NCBI GenBank assembly: GCA_964559765.1
Contig: CAZLHU010000003.1
Span: forward strand, 1-42,226
Source of the DNA: an uncultured Candidatus Saccharibacteria bacterium
GTDB lineage: Bacteria > Patescibacteriota > Minisyncoccia > UBA6257 > Colwellbacteraceae
Direction of reading: 5' to 3'
Length of the DNA: 42,226 nucleotides
Part shown: piece after piece, positions 34,223 through 42,226 of the stretch
Layout: every line of letters begins with the position of its first letter
How positions within the stretch are numbered: the first letter of the stretch is position 1
Program-made: the position numbers and the translations under genes
The notes under the pieces: generated by a model
The model's database searches: none
What the model saw: only the letters and a program-made list of their open reading frames with translations
Told to the model about the DNA's origin: nothing

Positions 34223-36198
34223 TTTTCCAAGCCCCCAAACCCCTTTATAAGTCGCTTTTTGACAATGCGCTCGATGGACTGGCTTACTGCCAGATGGTCT
34301 TCGACGAACAAGGCCATCCGGTCGATTTTATCTACATTGAAGTCAATAAAAGCTTCGAAAGGATAACGGGCCTAAAGGACGCTGAAGGGAAAAAGGTCAC
34401 GGAGCTTATCCCCGATATCTTTGCATCTAATCCAGACTTGTTCCAGATATACGGCAGGGTTTCTTTGGGCGGAAAATCCGAGCGATTTGAGACATATCTC
34501 GAACAGCTATCAAAATGGTTTTTGGTCTCGGTATACAGCCCAAAAAGGAACTTTTTCTTGGCCGAGTTCGAGGACATCACTGAGAGCAAGCGGATAGAAA
34601 AGGATTTGGAAGATTCGCGTCTCGCCGCCCAAAATGTTTTTGAGGATTTAAGTGCCGAAAAAACAAAAATAGGGGCGGAGATGGCAAAAGAAGAAGCGAT
34701 TCTGCTATCCATCGGCGACGGCGTCATTGTTACAGACGAAGGAGGAAATATTACATTGGTAAACAAAACGGCCGAAAAACTGCTTGGCGTAAACAGCAAA
34801 GAGGCTTACGGCAAAACCGTTGACGAAATAGTTCCTATCGAGGACGAGGGAGGAGTTCTGATTGCGGCGGATAAACGTCCGATGAGCGTGGCGCTTAAAA
34901 CCGGCAGCAGTATCGGCAGCAGCGCCTACTATTTCGTACGAAAGGACAAAACAAGATTTCCGGTAGCTATTTCGGTTACGCCCGTTATTCTTGACGGTAA
35001 GATAATCGGGGTGGTTGATGTTTTCAACGACATATCCGACATCAAAAAAGAAACCGAAAGGATAATTAAGGAGAAGGAGAAGGAAGATGCGCTGGTAAAG
35101 GACTTGGAGAAATTCAAACTGGCGGTGGACAACGCTTCGGACCAAATAGTCATCACCGATCCGAAAGGAACCGTAATCTATGTCAATAGGTCGGTGGAAA
35201 CCATAACCGGCTATAAGCCCGAAGAGGTGCTGGGTAAAAAAAGTGGCGCCCTTTGGAAATCGCCGATGAATTCTGACTATTATCAGAGCATGTGGGACGT
35301 CATAGAGAACCAGAAGAAGGTCTTTGCTGGAGAAATACAGAACAAAAGGAAGAATGGCCTTATATACACAGCCGCGGTCAGCATTTCCCCAATCCTCAAT
35401 AAGGATGGTGGAATAGAGTTTTTTGTAGGCATTGAACGCGATATCACTAAGGAAAAAGAAATTGACCGCGCTAAGAGCGAGTTCGTGTCTCTCGCCTCGC
35501 ATCAACTCCGCACCCCCCCTACGATCATAGGGTGGTATACCGAAACGCTTCAATCAGGAGAACTTGGTCCGATAAATGAAAAACAAGCAGATTATTTGAA
35601 AGAGATATACAAGGCCAATAGAAGGATGGTGTCCATCATCAATTCCCTGCTTAATATTTCGCGAATCGAGATGGGTACATTTGAAATCTCGGCGAAAAAC
35701 GTCAACATCGGGGATATCGTCGATGAGACGGTTAAGGAGCTCTCGAGCCGATTCAATCGTAATGTAGAATTGAAAAGGGACTATGACCCCAACCTGGGGC
35801 TATTCAAAGCAGACCCAGACATCATGCAGATAATCATCGATAACCTCCTTTCGAATGCGTTCAAATATAGTCCAGCCGAAGACACTAAGATTGAGATAAC
35901 CACAAAAAAAGATGGCGATTCCCTGATCTTAAGCGTCAAAGACAACGGCATCGGTATACCACTCAAAGATCAGAGTAGGGTTTTCGAAAAACTGTTCAGA
36001 GCGGATAATGCCGTCACCACGAATCCAGACGGCACTGGCCTTGGGTTATATATGATTAAGAAAATAATAGTGGATGGCTTAGGGGGCAAGGTATGGTTTG
36101 AATCGGAGGAAAACAAGGGAGCCATATTCTACATATCACTCCCCGCTTCCGGCATGAAAGAAAAAGCCGGCACTACGACCCTTGCGCGGATAATATAA
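34219..36198 (+). CDS. Soluble triple-PAS histidine kinase (659 aa)
   Basis: Three PAS/PAC domains; H box SLASHQLRTP, N box NLLSNAFKY, DNGIGI, FRA, GTGLGL; no TM segment. Confidence 0.92.
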   Translation: MIFQAPKPLYKSLFDNALDGLAYCQMVFDEQGHPVDFIYIEVNKSFERITGLKDAEGKKVTELIPDIFASNPDLFQIYGRVSLGGKSERFETYLEQLSKWFLVSVYSPKRNFFLAEFEDITESKRIEKDLEDSRLAAQNVFEDLSAEKTKIGAEMAKEEAILLSIGDGVIVTDEGGNITLVNKTAEKLLGVNSKEAYGKTVDEIVPIEDEGGVLIAADKRPMSVALKTGSSIGSSAYYFVRKDKTRFPVAISVTPVILDGKIIGVVDVFNDISDIKKETERIIKEKEKEDALVKDLEKFKLAVDNASDQIVITDPKGTVIYVNRSVETITGYKPEEVLGKKSGALWKSPMNSDYYQSMWDVIENQKKVFAGEIQNKRKNGLIYTAAVSISPILNKDGGIEFFVGIERDITKEKEIDRAKSEFVSLASHQLRTPPTIIGWYTETLQSGELGPINEKQADYLKEIYKANRRMVSIINSLLNISRIEMGTFEISAKNVNIGDIVDETVKELSSRFNRNVELKRDYDPNLGLFKADPDIMQIIIDNLLSNAFKYSPAEDTKIEITTKKDGDSLILSVKDNGIGIPLKDQSRVFEKLFRADNAVTTNPDGTGLGLYMIKKIIVDGLGGKVWFESEENKGAIFYISLPASGMKEKAGTTTLARII

Positions 36199-36212
36199 CA
36201 GGTTAGGCGGGG

Positions 36213-36587
36213 CTATCGAGATTTTTCGATAAGGCGAGCCTTCACTTTCTCGATCACCTCATTTATAGGATGTTGGGATTTGACGAAGAAGTCTTCGGCA
36301 CCCATCTGGAGCGCTTTCTTCAGACTCTCATCCTCAGCCAGGTTGGAAAGCACGAAGACTGGGATATCCTTAAGCGTGGGATCCTGTTTCAACATACCAA
36401 GCACCTCGAAACCGCTGCGTTTAGGCAGGATTAAATCTAGAAGGATAATGTCCGGACTTTTGTCCTTTGCCATATCCCACCCTTCTACGCCGTCTTTGGC
36501 GGCGAATGTTTCAAAACCGGCGTTCTGTATTTTCTCCTGGAGAACTTTGCGCAGAGCCTCTTCGTCTTCCACAATTAATACTTTCAT
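36213..36587 (-). CDS. Stand-alone response-regulator receiver (124 aa)
   Basis: VLIVEDE, PDIILLDLILPKRSG, VLSN, FFVK. Confidence 0.92.
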   Translation of the reverse strand: MKVLIVEDEEALRKVLQEKIQNAGFETFAAKDGVEGWDMAKDKSPDIILLDLILPKRSGFEVLGMLKQDPTLKDIPVFVLSNLAEDESLKKALQMGAEDFFVKSQHPINEVIEKVKARLIEKSR

Positions 36588-36645
36588 GCTTCTATTTTAC
36601 TTTTCATTGTTTTACCTGTAAAGCCGTGCCTTATCGATATCTCCT

Positions 36646-38094
36646 TCATTGTTCTATCTCCTCGACGTTTTCAGAGACGTAATGTTTCATCTTTTCTATC
36701 TCTTCCTTTGTTGCAGCCAGTAGGAACTTTATATCCGCCATCTGCGATTCCCCTGATCCGTTGTTACATGAATCCAACAGCTTGTCGATATTCTTTTCGA
36801 CTACGCCGAATCCCGTGGAGACATCCCTTCCAGCGATAATAGTCCTATTTTTTCTCTGTGTTTTGGCCTTGCGCCCGATCCACCACCCGATCAGAATACC
36901 AATAATAATAACGGCTATAATGGTGCCGAAGAATATTTCTTCGGTTATCTCTATGCCGGCGATTGTGAGAAAAGGCGGCTGTGCGATTGTGACCGAGAGA
37001 CGACTCTCCGTTGAGTTGCCGGCATAGTCAATCGCCTGAACTATCACCGTATGCGGGCCGAAGGAAAGCGAGGGCAGTACGAATAACGTGCTAGTGGTTG
37101 ATCCCACAACACTTCCATCAACAAATATCTTGTAAGATGCCACACCCGACGGCTGATCCTGCGTCGTAAACTGCACCGTCGGCGCTGAAACCTGTGTTAC
37201 CAAACCTTCTTTTATCGTAGCAATGAACGGCAATGGAGGGGTCGTATCTATAGCTATTCGATAGTTCGCCGTAGGGCCCCACCCAATGGAATTTTTAAAC
37301 CGCACGTGCAAGTACCAGATGCCTTGTTGTACCGCACCGAATATTTTGTTATTGAACAACCCTTCGGAGATGGTCGGGTTTGACTGCGGATTTTGATCTA
37401 GAGTAGTCGCAACGTCAGTTACGTCCGCTGGCAGTTGCCAAGTGACTAAAAAATTATCTACGGCGCTATACCACGCAGTCTGGTCTGGATAAAGGTTTAC
37501 TGAAAGAACCGGTGAGACGGGCACCGTGGTGGTCGCCACCGCTACCCGCTTTATCTGCGTCGGGGCCGGAGGAGGTGTCGGCGCAGAAACCACCTGGGTC
37601 GACGTAGAGCCACTGGGCGCACCGACTGTAAATAACGTGACGGTTGAGGTGGAAAGTATATTCGCACCCGTCCCGTCGCCAGCCGTAACTTCAGCGCTAT
37701 TGAAACCGGCATTACCCTTTCCCGCTCCACGGGCATTAAAAACCACGTTGAAGACCGGGAGGGAGCTGCCAGTAAATGCGTTGGTGCTACCACCAAGAAA
37801 AGATATTTCGCCCGTAGATGTGTTCACGGTCGGTTCCGCAACCCAGATATTGAAGATAGAATTGTTGGTGTTTACTTGTTCAACGTTGAAAATATTGGCC
37901 GGGTAGTACAGCGTTCCTTGCGCAGCATTGACGGGTTGGTCGCTATTTATATTGACGGTAACGTTCACAGTGCCACCCACATTCGTTTGCTGCGTGCTAG
38001 GCGTTAAGAAAAGTGTCGCTGCATTGGCAACGCCAAATGAAGACGCGAAAAACACGACTGCGACAATAATCGATCTTTTTAACAATGACATCAT
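36646..38094 (-). CDS. Membrane-anchored cohesin-domain protein (482 aa; second ATG at 38091 may be the start)
   Basis: Signal peptide; ATLFLTPS....VGGT..VTV.INS...VNAAQG.L.YP...SIF..W...P....G.ISF.GG cohesin-like pattern; P/T linker; Ig-like domains; TM IFFGTIIAVIIIGILIGWWIG; short cytoplasmic helical tail. Confidence 0.75.
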   Translation of the reverse strand: MMSLLKRSIIVAVVFFASSFGVANAATLFLTPSTQQTNVGGTVNVTVNINSDQPVNAAQGTLYYPANIFNVEQVNTNNSIFNIWVAEPTVNTSTGEISFLGGSTNAFTGSSLPVFNVVFNARGAGKGNAGFNSAEVTAGDGTGANILSTSTVTLFTVGAPSGSTSTQVVSAPTPPPAPTQIKRVAVATTTVPVSPVLSVNLYPDQTAWYSAVDNFLVTWQLPADVTDVATTLDQNPQSNPTISEGLFNNKIFGAVQQGIWYLHVRFKNSIGWGPTANYRIAIDTTPPLPFIATIKEGLVTQVSAPTVQFTTQDQPSGVASYKIFVDGSVVGSTTSTLFVLPSLSFGPHTVIVQAIDYAGNSTESRLSVTIAQPPFLTIAGIEITEEIFFGTIIAVIIIGILIGWWIGRKAKTQRKNRTIIAGRDVSTGFGVVEKNIDKLLDSCNNGSGESQMADIKFLLAATKEEIEKMKHYVSENVEEIEQ

Positions 38095-38118
38095 AGTTAT
38101 TATATCAATCTTTTACAC

Positions 38119-41100
38119 CTATTGGGAAAGCCCGGCGTCATGCAATAGGATGCTGATATCCTGCGCATCGACTTTTCCATCATGGTTCAGATCAAGTATG
38201 CGAAGTATGTTCGGATCTACAGTGTTGAAATTAGTTATGCCGGAGAGATAATCCCTAAGATACGACAGATAGATGCTTATATCCTGGACGCCGATCACCC
38301 CCGTACCGGCAAAATCTAAGCCCGGATTGGCAAGCGGAGAAACAGTGAAAGTCTGCTGGCTTGAAATACTGCTTTGGACTCCATTGTATGTTTGGGTCGC
38401 CGCTATAGAATGCTGACCATCGGACAGTTTGTCCGTGCTAAGCACGTAACTATACTGCCCAGAGATATTATTAACGGTTATCGTGCCGATCGCGACGCCG
38501 TCAACCCAAAGAGTAACCGTACCCTTAGGCATAGCATAGCCCTGCACTGTTACGTCGCTTCCCTTGCTCACTATTGAATTTAAGCCGAATCCCACCGTTG
38601 GAGCGATGACTATGTTCCTTGTGTTAAAGAGGTTGAAGTTCTGGGGCACCGCCGGTGCGTTGTATGCCTTCGTTTCTGATACAACTCCAGTCTTGTCGGT
38701 AAACACGAGAACGTAGGTCTGGCCAACCAGATAAGTGGAAGTGCTCAATTTCACTGAGAAGCTGCCGTCATTTGCCATACTTATCGGCTGTACGATCGGC
38801 GCCGCCGACGACTCCACATTCTTAATAATAAGAGAGATGGAGCCTCCTAGATAAGCCCACCCGGAGAATACGTTCGTCACCGTCGGAGGACGTCCCACCG
38901 ATGGCGCCGTCGACGGCCCAGAGACAGGCGCCGGCGGTCCGACAAATGCGATAGACGCAACATCAGTGACCCCTAGACCGGTTGATTGGGTATCTTCAAG
39001 ACCAAGCGCAACGTTTTCAGCGACAGCGTCTGTAATGGTGGTGGTCGCAATGCCATCCACGATATTGATCAACCCTCCGCCGCTGGCACTTCCCGTCAAA
39101 GTCACCGTAACCCCTTGATTGAACGAAGTGTCGATGGCATCAGAGGAATTAACCGCCTCAATATTCAGCGTTGCCGTGCCTCCGGTGGAAATCGAAGCGG
39201 GAACATTGGCGAATATGAACTTCACAGCACTGGCGGGGTTAGCTAAGACCGTCGGATTATCGGCTCCATCGGTAACGCCATTAAGTCCTCCTGGAGACGT
39301 TGGGTTGTTAGATGCGGTTACGGTGTAGGTGCCGGGCACAGTATCGGTGTACCAGAACTGCGTCGACGTGCTATTGGCCGGGATCGTAATGGAGGTTATC
39401 TGAGCGCCTCCGGCCGAAGCGTTGAAGAACGCCGCATTTGAGCTGGTGGAATTAGTGTAGAGGTAGACGACCGTACTGCTGCTGGCGGTGGTGATGTTGT
39501 TGTACTGGTCTTCGAGAGAGAGTGTGTAGCCGAGACGGGAGCCTGAATTAAGGTTGCCCGGATGATTGAGCGAAAACTTAGCGAGGGAACCAGGTAAGAA
39601 GGTTATTGCCGAAGTTGAGCTCACGTTCAGTCCGGTAAATTGAGTGTCTTGCAGGGCAAGATTGATCGTTTCAGCGACGGCGTCGCTGATAGTACTTGTC
39701 CCGACGCCGTTTATGAGGGTCACTATGCCGCCACTAGAGAGCATGCCACTCCCCGTCTTCGTCACCGTAACCCCTTGATTGAACGAAGTGTCGATGGCAT
39801 CAGAGGAATCTACAGCTTCGACATTGAAGAGGGCAGTGGTTCCAACTACAACCGTAGCGGGTACGTTAGTAAAGATGAATTTGGTAGCAACCACGGGGCC
39901 AGAAGTTATCGTAAGTGCGTCGGCTCCATCGGTAACGCCATTAAGTCCTCCTGGAGACGTTGGGTTGTTAGATGCGGTTACGGTGTAGGTGCCGGGCACA
40001 GTATCGGTGTACCAGAACTGCGTCGACGTGCTATTGGCCGGGATCGTAATGGAGGTTATCTGAGCGCCTCCGGCCGAAGCGTTGAAGAACGCCGCATTTG
40101 AGCTGGTGGAATTAGTGTAGAGGTAGACGACCGTACTGCTGCTGGCGGTGGTGATGTTGTTGTACTGGTCTTTAAGATTGACCACATATGCAGCTCTCTC
40201 CACGGTTGAAATAGGCCCAGGATGGTTAAGACTTAATGCGGCAGGTGAGCCTGGAGCAAACATAACCGATTGCGAAGATGAGACATCGAAACCAGTGCTT
40301 TGTGTATCAGAAAGCGTCAATGCGACCACCTGCGCAACATGAGTCGATATCGTTGAGGTGCCCACGCCATTTACGATGTTAACTGATCCCCCGCCAGTTA
40401 CTCCTGTTCCAGCGGCCACAAGTGTCACTCCCCCATTATAGGTTGCCGCAATTTGATTACTGTTATTCTCGGCTTGGATCGTGACAGTAAGCGGAACACC
40501 TACCGTACCACTTCCCGGACTGACGATCACAAACTTTTCAGCGGCTTCACTGACCGTGAATGTCTGGCTGTTCGAGGTTCCTCCTCCAGGAGCGGGATTG
40601 GTGACCGTCACTGGATATGTTCCGGCCGTTGTTATGTCGGAAGCGTTGATCTGGGCCGTGACCTGACTGGCGGAGACAAAGGTCGTAACTTCAGCGACGC
40701 CATTGAAGTTAATAGTCGAAGAGGCGACGAAGTTGGTGCCATCCACGGTCAGCGTGAAGCTAACTCCTCCAGCGAGAGCGGAGGTCGGCGAGGTATCAAT
40801 TGTGGTTGGGACGGGATTGTTAATAGCGAAGGTTTGGGCTGAAGACGTTCCCCCTCCGGGTGCGGGCGTGACAACAGTCACCAAAGCCGTTCCGGCGGTT
40901 GCGATGTCCGTTGCCGGGACGACGGCCGCGACCTCACCGGTAGAGATGAAGGTGGTGATGAGTGGAACTCCGTTCCAGTATATGACAGAAGATGTTGAGA
41001 AATCAGAACCATCAGCGGTCAACGTGAACTGCGGACCTCCGGCCGTGGCAAAGGTCGGGCTTATAGAGGTTAGGATGGGGGTCGTGCTTAAAACCGTGAA

Positions 41101-42225
41101 CGTCTGGCTGTTCGAAGTTCCTCCCCCTGGGGTCGGATTAGTAACTGTCACCGGATATGTCCCGGGCGTTGCGATGTCGGATGAACTTATCATAGCCGTG
41201 AGCTGATTCGAAGAAATGAAGGTTGTGGCCTTGGCGTTGCCATTGAAGTTAACCACTGAGTCGGAGACGAAGTTCGTGCCGTCGACTGTTAGGGTAAAAC
41301 CAGCTCCTCCGGCGATAACCGATGTCGGCGAAGTGTCGATTGTCGTCGGAACCGGATTATTAACAGTGAAGGTCTGGGTAGAGGATGCTCCTCCTCCAGG
41401 AGCTGGAGTAACGACGGTCAATAGGAAGGTCCCCGCTGCAGCGACATCCGTTGCCGGGACAATGGCCGTAATCTGAGTGGTAGAAGAGAAGCTAGTTATA
41501 AGAGGAGAGCCATTCCAATACGCAGTTGAAGAGGCGGAGAAATTTAAGCCATTTAATGTAAGCGTGAATTGGGTTGCGCCGGACGTAGTTGAAATTGGAT
41601 CAATTGAATTAAGAACTGGTGTCGAACTAAGAACCGTGAATGTCTGGCTGTTCGAGGTTCCTCCTCCAGGAGCGGGATTGGTGACCGTCACTGGATATGT
41701 TCCGGCCGTTGTTATGTCGGAAGCGTTGATCTGGGCCGTGACCTGACTGGCGGAGACAAAGGTCGTAACTTCAGCGACGCCATTGAAGTTAATAGTCGAA
41801 GAGGCGACGAAGTTGGTGCCATCCACGGTCAGCGTGAAGCTAACTCCTCCAGCGAGAGCGGAGGTCGGCGAGGTATCAATTGTGGTTGGGACGGGATTGT
41901 TAATAGCGAAGGTTTGGGCTGAAGACGTTCCCCCTCCGGGTGCGGGCGTGACAACAGTCACCAAAGCCGTTCCGGCGGTTGCGATGTCCGTTGCCGGGAC
42001 GACGGCCGCGACCTCACCGGTAGAGATGAAGGTGGTGATGAGTGGAACTCCGTTCCAGTATATGACAGAAGATGTTGAGAAATCAGAACCATCAGCGGTC
42101 AACGTGAACTGCGGACCTCCGGCCGTGGCAAAGGTCGGGCTTATAGAGGTTAGGATGGGAAGCGCGTTTGTGATATTCGCGGTGGTCGTAGGTTCAGTGA
42201 GGGTGTAATTGGAAGCTTGGGCGCC
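38119..42225 (-). CDS. Giant Ig-like (IPT/TIG) repeat surface protein with C-terminal dockerin-like domain; 5' end beyond the window (>1368 aa)
   Basis: Frame is open from 42225 (GAQASNYTLTEPTTTANIT, resembling the end of a YDG-type domain); six P....I.P.....G...FTLT..G..F...S...NG repeats; C-terminal DFAGTGVIGVQD and DLNHDGKVDAQD EF-hand-like loops. Confidence 0.8.
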   Translation of the reverse strand, partial: GAQASNYTLTEPTTTANITNALPILTSISPTFATAGGPQFTLTADGSDFSTSSVIYWNGVPLITTFISTGEVAAVVPATDIATAGTALVTVVTPAPGGGTSSAQTFAINNPVPTTIDTSPTSALAGGVSFTLTVDGTNFVASSTINFNGVAEVTTFVSASQVTAQINASDITTAGTYPVTVTNPAPGGGTSNSQTFTVLSSTPVLNSIDPISTTSGATQFTLTLNGLNFSASSTAYWNGSPLITSFSSTTQITAIVPATDVAAAGTFLLTVVTPAPGGGASSTQTFTVNNPVPTTIDTSPTSVIAGGAGFTLTVDGTNFVSDSVVNFNGNAKATTFISSNQLTAMISSSDIATPGTYPVTVTNPTPGGGTSNSQTFTVLSTTPILTSISPTFATAGGPQFTLTADGSDFSTSSVIYWNGVPLITTFISTGEVAAVVPATDIATAGTALVTVVTPAPGGGTSSAQTFAINNPVPTTIDTSPTSALAGGVSFTLTVDGTNFVASSTINFNGVAEVTTFVSASQVTAQINASDITTAGTYPVTVTNPAPGGGTSNSQTFTVSEAAEKFVIVSPGSGTVGVPLTVTIQAENNSNQIAATYNGGVTLVAAGTGVTGGGSVNIVNGVGTSTISTHVAQVVALTLSDTQSTGFDVSSSQSVMFAPGSPAALSLNHPGPISTVERAAYVVNLKDQYNNITTASSSTVVYLYTNSTSSNAAFFNASAGGAQITSITIPANSTSTQFWYTDTVPGTYTVTASNNPTSPGGLNGVTDGADALTITSGPVVATKFIFTNVPATVVVGTTALFNVEAVDSSDAIDTSFNQGVTVTKTGSGMLSSGGIVTLINGVGTSTISDAVAETINLALQDTQFTGLNVSSTSAITFLPGSLAKFSLNHPGNLNSGSRLGYTLSLEDQYNNITTASSSTVVYLYTNSTSSNAAFFNASAGGAQITSITIPANSTSTQFWYTDTVPGTYTVTASNNPTSPGGLNGVTDGADNPTVLANPASAVKFIFANVPASISTGGTATLNIEAVNSSDAIDTSFNQGVTVTLTGSASGGGLINIVDGIATTTITDAVAENVALGLEDTQSTGLGVTDVASIAFVGPPAPVSGPSTAPSVGRPPTVTNVFSGWAYLGGSISLIIKNVESSAAPIVQPISMANDGSFSVKLSTSTYLVGQTYVLVFTDKTGVVSETKAYNAPAVPQNFNLFNTRNIVIAPTVGFGLNSIVSKGSDVTVQGYAMPKGTVTLWVDGVAIGTITVNNISGQYSYVLSTDKLSDGQHSIAATQTYNGVQSSISSQQTFTVSPLANPGLDFAGTGVIGVQDISIYLSYLRDYLSGITNFNTVDPNILRILDLNHDGKVDAQDISILLHDAGLSQ
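39260..39512. repeat. 253-bp exact repeat, second copy at 39920-40172 (offset 660)
   Basis: Line-by-line identity; an additional 49-bp exact match links 39101-39149 and 39761-39809. Confidence 0.85.
40553..41079. repeat. 527-bp exact repeat, second copy at 41633-42159 (offset 1080)
   Basis: Printed lines 40561-41040 and 41641-42120 are identical; flanks diverge. Confidence 0.9.
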
Positions 42226-42226
42226 G

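Noticed and set aside
34190-34230. Frameshift or pseudogene splitting the PAS protein from the kinase
   Set aside because: ATGA stop-start overlap is a normal coupling signal, no slippery run is evident, and the PAS protein ends in a natural-looking coiled coil
6096-42208. Numerous plus-strand ORFs antisense to the Gly/Thr/Ser-rich genes (e.g. 6678-6890, 28249-28494, 40703-41206, 41783-42208)
   Set aside because: Shadow ORFs from codon bias of the real minus-strand genes; Pro/Val-rich with no motifs or expression signals
1-42226. CRISPR array, transposase, integrase or att-site duplication
   Set aside because: No regularly spaced short repeats, no recombinase motifs, and no second copy of either tRNA 3' end seen in the window
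1-42226. Alternative genetic code 25 (TGA = Gly)
   Set aside because: TGA terminates well-formed genes at natural ends (4915-4917 followed by TAA; ATGA overlap at 34219-34222), and multi-kb Gly-rich ORFs are intact under code 11

Overview
Gene-dense bacterial window (standard code 11; TGA used as stop) most consistent with a Patescibacteria/CPR (Parcubacteria-like) genome. That assignment is inferred from tRNA-Arg(GCG), a PilM-PilN fusion, no secretin gene in the pilus locus, few Shine-Dalgarno sites and giant Ser/Thr-rich surface proteins. Layout: (1) 0.1-6 kb housekeeping/accessory genes: small membrane protein, MFS, YjbQ, dCMP-type deaminase, divergent PLP cysteine-synthase-like enzyme, AttH/CrtC-like protein, DedA pair. 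(2) 6-32 kb type IV pilus/surface-protein locus: pilV-like and fimU-like pilins, pilC, pilB, two tandem major pilins identical over 622 bp but with divergent tails, an operon of a 2067-aa surface protein + receiver + MacB-like ABC pair, divergently transcribed pilMN-pilO-pilP-like genes, and a 2126-aa adhesin with pilW/pilX-like pilins. (3) tRNA-Arg(GCG), a small ORF and tRNA-Gly(TCC). (4) A soluble PAS kinase with stand-alone receivers. (5) A membrane-anchored cohesin protein next to a giant Ig-repeat protein with a C-terminal dockerin-like domain, truncated by the window edge. The most novel-looking signal is an apparently split beta-sandwich module. It is complete in cis, nested twice, in the 2067-aa protein. 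Only its N-half occurs at the C-terminus of a minor pilin, and only its C-half at the C-terminus of the non-pilin 2126-aa adhesin, suggesting strand-complementation docking of the adhesin onto the pilus. No CRISPR, integrase, transposase or reverse transcriptase was seen. All family calls are from motif recognition, not database searches.
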